Assembly (NCBI GenBank): GCA_963705725.1
Contig: CAVPKM010000013.1
Location: forward strand, 160,001-224,000
Direction of reading: 5' to 3'
DNA: 64,000 bases
DNA from: an uncultured Gammaproteobacteria bacterium
GTDB taxonomy: Bacteria > Pseudomonadota > Gammaproteobacteria > UBA6002
Positions 58,635 through 64,000 of the stretch are shown here, piece by piece. Within the stretch, counting starts at the first letter, position 1. The number at the start of each line of letters is the position of its first letter. The notes beneath the pieces were generated by a model. The model searched no databases and was not told where the DNA came from. It saw only the letters and a list, made by a program, of their open reading frames with translations. The translations under genes and the position numbers were made by a program.

Positions 58635-61589
58635 ATGAGTAAAGATTCCCGAGAAATTCAATTACAGAATGCATACGAGGCGGTGAGAATAGAGCTTGAT
58701 ATTTTCAAAGCTGAATTCGCCGATTTAATTGATCTTATTGAGCATAATTGGGAGGCGGATTGTCTTAAGAAGCAACGAAAAGAATTGCTTGATGCTGGGC
58801 TTAGTGAGCCTGAAGTACTAGAAGAGCTGGTGATGCATTTAAGAAACTTTTATTGCAAAAGTCAGAAAGATGAAAAAATGCAGGAATTTAGACCAAAGAA
58901 AGGTGAAGATATAAAAGATGCACTTCACCGAGAATATATAGGTCGCCTGGAATATATCTCTGAGCAAAAATTAACGCTTTTTTTAGCACTGTTTGATCGG
59001 CGTTTACAATCTCTGACGGTTGCAGTGAAAATCATTTTCGCAGGTCAGCCTGTTGACCCCATACTTGCTAATTTTCTTGAAAAAATCCTTTCCGAGCCAT
59101 TGTCTGAGGAAATCCGAGAATTATTACAACAAAGCTTATTTCTTTTCAACCATGTCGATCAGCACCTTGCAACCGAGATAGATCAGGCAAGTCAAACGCT
59201 AAGTAATCATGCTGATGATAAGGCTTTTAATTCTGCGAAAGGTATTGTCACACAGTTATTGACCGATCAATTTTCACACATCAGTGAACCGTTAAAGATT
59301 TTGGCTGATAGCTACAAGCTTTCTCCTGATGATTCTGCCTCTAAGGAATCGTTAAGAGATATTTATAAAAATCACGAATCAGAAATGATGATAGCCGCCA
59401 ACATTGAATTCATTTATTCCCTCAATAAAGCTGAAGTGATAGATGCATGGGAAAAGTTTCAGTCTGCGTTTAATGACTGTGCTTGGGAGTGGAGTGAGCC
59501 TACCCTTGAACAACAAGTTCAAACACTCTTGGAAAAACTTCTTAATATCAATCGCACCATCCAGACCCTGAATCCTAATCTTGATTTTGGTGACCCGGTG
59601 GTAAGAGAGACGCTACAAAAGCAATTTTTTATCTTTTTGAAAAAAGAGGAGGTTAATACCCAACTGCAACAATTTGATCAGTTTGGTGATCCAAGCGTCT
59701 TTGCAGCATTACACGCTTTTTGTGGTCAAGCATCGAGAGTGATGGGGGACGATGAAGCGGCAGTGGTTACCATTGAAGAACTAAGGCAATCACCTTTTGC
59801 AAAAACTTCTGAAGATGCCTATTCCTTGCTTCGCGAATTTGGATCCAATCTTGCTAAGGTGTTGACAGACATTACCCTAAAAGCAGAAGGGGAACTCACT
59901 TCCCACCAAGCACCAAAATCTTACCACCTTCAAGAATCCCATCGAGCGTTATTTAGTCGAGCTTTTCTCAAGGTAGTCAATCAAGAAATTAGCAAAGGGA
60001 AAGAAATTGTTAACACTGTGAATGAAAGTCTCGAAAAAGTGACATCAAGTTTAGTCATGAAGGTGGATCTGGATCAACTCCCAAAACGAAGTGATAGCAA
60101 GCTAGAGATATCGAAGCGAAGTCTGGAAGATCAAGCAGAATATCGTTATCTCCTTGCGAAAAAGAAATACACGATCTCACCTGAAGAAACGGAGTTATTG
60201 ATAAAGTCAACGAATTCCTATGATGTCACGCTTGTGCCTAAACTTAAAGCGGAGCATAGCGCGGCCAATGGGCAAAATCCAAATGGTCGACAAATTCAGG
60301 ACTATCGTGATTTTGCTAATGAATTAGCGGTCAAAATTCAGGACCTCGAAACAAAAAATAAAAGATGGCCAATATTGCAATGGTTTGGCATTGATAGATA
60401 TCGCGTTGATCATCTCAAGACGGCAAAAGACTTTGTCGAATTTATGGCGCATAAGTATGAAGAAGTGACTCACCCTGATCTTCGCTTAAAGAGAAAAGAA
60501 CATCGAGGGGAAAATGAAACTTCTCATAGGAATTTTGTCTCTCAGTTAAGTATTGCAAAAGAGAATGGAATGGACGCTAAAAATAAAACGTTTATTCGAT
60601 TATTCAACGGTGTAGTTAAGGGATTGTCTGCTTTTTTTGGTAGCAATAGAACCATCAAGGCACTTCAAGCTGCTTATGCGGAAAAAAGAGAGAAAATTAA
60701 CAGTGAGAAAGATCTTACCCCAGATATTAAGGGGGGGGGGATGCAGAAAATGCTTCGTTATGATGCTGCAAACCTGAGTTTGGAAACAACGGGAAAATTT
60801 TTTACGGCAGCAACATTAGCAGCAGTGAGTGAGCCTATTATAAAAATGGATTATCAAACAAAAATCACACACTTATTAGGGGATTTGGAATTAATCAATC
60901 AACCTTTTTTTCAGTGTTTATATCCGGAAGAAGCAAGCTCGCAGGGTTCGAATTTTATTAAGGATTTCACTCATCAAGCACAGCAGTATCAACGTGATGT
61001 GATAAATTTTCAGGACTCTTTGAAAATAGCCACCTTAAATCAAGATCGTTTCAGTCCAGAAGGCGAAAAGGCGTTGGAACAAGTTGGAAGTCTGGTTGAA
61101 AATATTCGAGCTGCAAAAAAAGCGCTGAAACAATCTTCTTATCAGTATGCTACCACGCTAACTAGCTATGTGGATTCGCTCGAAATTTTGCAAAAATCGT
61201 TAGAGAAAATTGAAAGCGAGTTTTTAATATCAGATGTTATTCCTGAACAAGCACTCTGGAGAGGCATTAGCAAAGAAATTAGTTCGCTCGATAGTGCAAG
61301 CCTTTACTTGACTTCGCAAAGTCACTTGTCTGATACGGCCAAGGAGCAGGGTTTCCTTAATATACGAGCCACTCGCGATTGCTTGACGAGTATTCAAACT
61401 CCAGCGGAATTCAGCCGCTTGTTACAAAATGTGAGAGATAAGCTTCCTGCAATTCGAAATAAGAAAACATTCGAGCTTGCAAGAATGAAGAAGGTGATGG
61501 AAGAAGCGCGAATTGCCTCTCATGGAACAAAATATATGGCGGTGCATGCAACAAACAATCTAAATGGAACACGACAACTTCAATCCTAA
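58635..61589 (+). CDS. Large alpha-helical effector-like protein, paralog 1
   Basis: About 985-aa ORF; GAGG RBS before ATG 58635; coiled-coil rich; no domain recognised. Confidence 0.8.
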   Translation: MSKDSREIQLQNAYEAVRIELDIFKAEFADLIDLIEHNWEADCLKKQRKELLDAGLSEPEVLEELVMHLRNFYCKSQKDEKMQEFRPKKGEDIKDALHREYIGRLEYISEQKLTLFLALFDRRLQSLTVAVKIIFAGQPVDPILANFLEKILSEPLSEEIRELLQQSLFLFNHVDQHLATEIDQASQTLSNHADDKAFNSAKGIVTQLLTDQFSHISEPLKILADSYKLSPDDSASKESLRDIYKNHESEMMIAANIEFIYSLNKAEVIDAWEKFQSAFNDCAWEWSEPTLEQQVQTLLEKLLNINRTIQTLNPNLDFGDPVVRETLQKQFFIFLKKEEVNTQLQQFDQFGDPSVFAALHAFCGQASRVMGDDEAAVVTIEELRQSPFAKTSEDAYSLLREFGSNLAKVLTDITLKAEGELTSHQAPKSYHLQESHRALFSRAFLKVVNQEISKGKEIVNTVNESLEKVTSSLVMKVDLDQLPKRSDSKLEISKRSLEDQAEYRYLLAKKKYTISPEETELLIKSTNSYDVTLVPKLKAEHSAANGQNPNGRQIQDYRDFANELAVKIQDLETKNKRWPILQWFGIDRYRVDHLKTAKDFVEFMAHKYEEVTHPDLRLKRKEHRGENETSHRNFVSQLSIAKENGMDAKNKTFIRLFNGVVKGLSAFFGSNRTIKALQAAYAEKREKINSEKDLTPDIKGGGMQKMLRYDAANLSLETTGKFFTAATLAAVSEPIIKMDYQTKITHLLGDLELINQPFFQCLYPEEASSQGSNFIKDFTHQAQQYQRDVINFQDSLKIATLNQDRFSPEGEKALEQVGSLVENIRAAKKALKQSSYQYATTLTSYVDSLEILQKSLEKIESEFLISDVIPEQALWRGISKEISSLDSASLYLTSQSHLSDTAKEQGFLNIRATRDCLTSIQTPAEFSRLLQNVRDKLPAIRNKKTFELARMKKVMEEARIASHGTKYMAVHATNNLNGTRQLQS

Positions 61590-61671
61590 TTAATTGAGAA
61601 CACCTAATAGGTTATATATAGCTGGGTAGGGAGGGAGCCTGAAAATTAATGGCAAACTAAGAGTAAATATT

Positions 61672-64000
61672 ATGCAAGAGAAATTTAAAACAAACCTCGA
61701 AAATCCACAGAAAACATTATCAGAATTTTTTGATCTTCTGGTAAATGGAATAAACGCAGCGTGTATTAAAGATCAAAAAAATGAAAACAAAATTATGTGG
61801 TTGAGTACACAACTTCCGCGTTGTTTACGCAAGGAGCAATACAAAGCGTGCGATGGTAAATCTCTAGATGAACAAATTGAAATTCGTTTGAATTATATTC
61901 GTGAGAATGATGTCGCTTGCTTTTTATTCCTTATCAATCATTGTTTGCTAAACGAGCTTAAGGATGAATTACAAGGGATGCATATGCAGCCTGATCAAAT
62001 GAATGTATTGTTGGCAAAGACTTTAGCAAGTGTGATGCCAAATTTTGAAGGTGTGGAAGATTATTTAAAAAAAATACTAGCACAAAGCTTGTTTTTATCA
62101 CAAAACATAATTTCTCTTCTCCAAGCGCAAGTTGCCCCGACATGTCAAGCGGTAGTAACTGCGCTAGGGGAACAAGCGCATGAAGAAGAGGTAGCAACTA
62201 TTCTTAAAGATTTATTAGTCGAAGAGTTTTCACATATATTTGAGCCATTAACTATCCTCGCTAACGGTGAAGCGTTTAAAGTAGAGGCGGCCGACCGCGC
62301 AGATGATTCTGCCCTGCTGAGTCTCTATGAAGATAATAAATCCAGCATTGAAACCTTAGCAAAAATCAAATTGTCTTATTCAATATGTGGTCCAGGAATA
62401 ATAAAAGCTTGGGATCATTTTAGAGAAATCGTTAATCAATCTAGCTGGGATTTCGATAGCAATGATATCAAGGAAAATCTCATACAACTATTGCTTAGAT
62501 TATATGATTTAGATGCTACCTTAGCGATGATTCTTCCTCCCGAAGATCAAAAAAGAAATGATTTAATGGAAATAGTTAGAACGCATTTGTGGTCGTTTCT
62601 AAAAAAAGAACAGGCTGACACAACACTCTCTGTTATCGATAACTACCCTGATTTTTTTAATCATCTACTAGCCTTTTTCTACCAGGTTACAGAAGGGGAA
62701 ATAGCGCTTTTCAAACCATTAGACCTACTAAACTCAATAAATGATTATCCTAGAAACCTAGCGTCAGTAGCTTGTGCCCTATTATTACCTCTTATTTCCA
62801 ATAACGCGCCAGATAATAAAGCGATCGATCCTGGATTAATTGATGTTCCTGAAGAGAAAAAAAACATTTATGCAGTTGCATTTATTGGAGTTTTAGAATC
62901 TAAACTATCACAATCAGAAGCGATAATATCCTCAATAACTGATTCAGTCACCACTGAAATGCAGCTTGTAAAAGACGTAGCTGGGAAAGGTAGCACGACC
63001 GTTGACGAATCATTATTAAGAACAGACGATAAGCAAGAAATGAAATATCAAGAGTTAAATGATCAAGCCGCTTATCGATATCGGATCGCCAAACAAAAAT
63101 ATGTCATTGATAAAGAAGAAACTGAATTATTACGTAAAGCCATTCGCCCCCTTAAGCTTTTTTCAAAGCTTGTTCCAAAGCTAAGTGCGGATGATGAAAA
63201 AGTGAATGAACAAAGTCCAGAGAATCAACAAATCGTCAGCTATGAAGAATTTCTTACTGAAATTACCGGTCGAATTGCGAAGCTTGAAAGTGAAAATGCA
63301 GCCTATGGGGGACGACGTATTGGGATTGACAAACATCGTATCGATCACCTCAAGTTAGCAGCGAGTTTTGTCGAGTACTTATCACATAAGTACGATCAAG
63401 CGACTCATCCTGAGAAACGTTTTCAAATGGGTCAGCGAAGGGGAGATAAAGCAACATATAAGGATTTTATTGCTAGGCTGAAAATTGTGAAAAAACCATT
63501 GGATAATAAAAATGCTTCATTTGCACCAATATTCGCGGAGGCTGGAGGAAAATTATCGTACATTTATAGCGAGAATCGTGCGCTAAAAGATCTTCATGCT
63601 CATTATTCCAAGCGAGTGGAGCATCTTAATAATATGAAGGAAGTGACGATGAGATTACCGAGTAAGCATATTGGTGGCTTTAATATCGGCGCGACAGAAG
63701 ACTGGGGTCAGGTAAAAAATGCCTGCCATAGAGCAAACATGGAAACATTGACAAAAACCGGTGCATTTTTTCAGCTTGATTATTTATCCACGCTAAATAC
63801 GGAAAAAAGTCAATATATTGGAATAGTAACTAATCAATCGTCTATTTGCGACGCGGATGCAAAATATCGCCTTGCCATTCAAGATTTTTTAGCTTGCTCC
63901 CAATTAGAAAATTTTGATCCTTATAACGATGACGCAATGTATCAAATTGGTGACATGATTAAAAAATTACGCGAGATGAAAAAAGACGTGAAGCAATGCG
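61672..64000 (+). CDS. Large effector-like protein, paralog 2 (runs off the window, missing from the ORF track)
   Basis: Open from MQEKFKTNLE to the edge. Shares DQA.YRY..AK.KY.I..EETELL and GID..R.DHLK.A..FVE...HKY...THP with paralog 1. Confidence 0.85.
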   Translation, partial: MQEKFKTNLENPQKTLSEFFDLLVNGINAACIKDQKNENKIMWLSTQLPRCLRKEQYKACDGKSLDEQIEIRLNYIRENDVACFLFLINHCLLNELKDELQGMHMQPDQMNVLLAKTLASVMPNFEGVEDYLKKILAQSLFLSQNIISLLQAQVAPTCQAVVTALGEQAHEEEVATILKDLLVEEFSHIFEPLTILANGEAFKVEAADRADDSALLSLYEDNKSSIETLAKIKLSYSICGPGIIKAWDHFREIVNQSSWDFDSNDIKENLIQLLLRLYDLDATLAMILPPEDQKRNDLMEIVRTHLWSFLKKEQADTTLSVIDNYPDFFNHLLAFFYQVTEGEIALFKPLDLLNSINDYPRNLASVACALLLPLISNNAPDNKAIDPGLIDVPEEKKNIYAVAFIGVLESKLSQSEAIISSITDSVTTEMQLVKDVAGKGSTTVDESLLRTDDKQEMKYQELNDQAAYRYRIAKQKYVIDKEETELLRKAIRPLKLFSKLVPKLSADDEKVNEQSPENQQIVSYEEFLTEITGRIAKLESENAAYGGRRIGIDKHRIDHLKLAASFVEYLSHKYDQATHPEKRFQMGQRRGDKATYKDFIARLKIVKKPLDNKNASFAPIFAEAGGKLSYIYSENRALKDLHAHYSKRVEHLNNMKEVTMRLPSKHIGGFNIGATEDWGQVKNACHRANMETLTKTGAFFQLDYLSTLNTEKSQYIGIVTNQSSICDADAKYRLAIQDFLACSQLENFDPYNDDAMYQIGDMIKKLREMKKDVKQC

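Noticed and set aside
171-62197. Many short antisense or out-of-frame ORFs in the supplied track
   Set aside because: They overlap well-supported genes and lack an RBS or recognisable motifs.

Overview
AT-rich gammaproteobacterial chromosome segment that looks like Legionellales/Coxiellaceae (inferred from gene content, a single-lipoyl AceF, class I aldolase, ankyrin proteins and PmrA-type boxes). Housekeeping blocks: aceE-aceF-lpdA, comF/bioH-bioC, OPT-dxs-ispA-xseB, ssrA-smpB-ratAB-bamE-fur-recN-nadK-grpE-dnaK-dnaJ, aas-fba and carAB-greA. Between xseB and the 3' end of tmRNA (about 17-34.4 kb) is a decaying accessory island. It holds two 2391-bp IS66 copies with 8-bp TSDs, IS5 and toxin-antitoxin relics, and two recently duplicated ankyrin effector-like genes whose differences are almost all non-synonymous. 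Other candidate host-directed effectors are an ankyrin protein ending in a CaaX prenylation motif (CLVM), an IS256-split TPR-like protein with a possible RNase tip, and two large tandem paralogs at the right end. Six promoters share one architecture (TTAA-N7-TTAA box, 7 nt, TAnnnT), resembling the PmrA regulon of Dot/Icm effectors; one of them points to an unannotated 44-aa ORF. A 172-174 bp palindromic MITE occurs in three full copies and three relics and remodels gene ends. All calls are from reading the sequence by eye; no searches were run.
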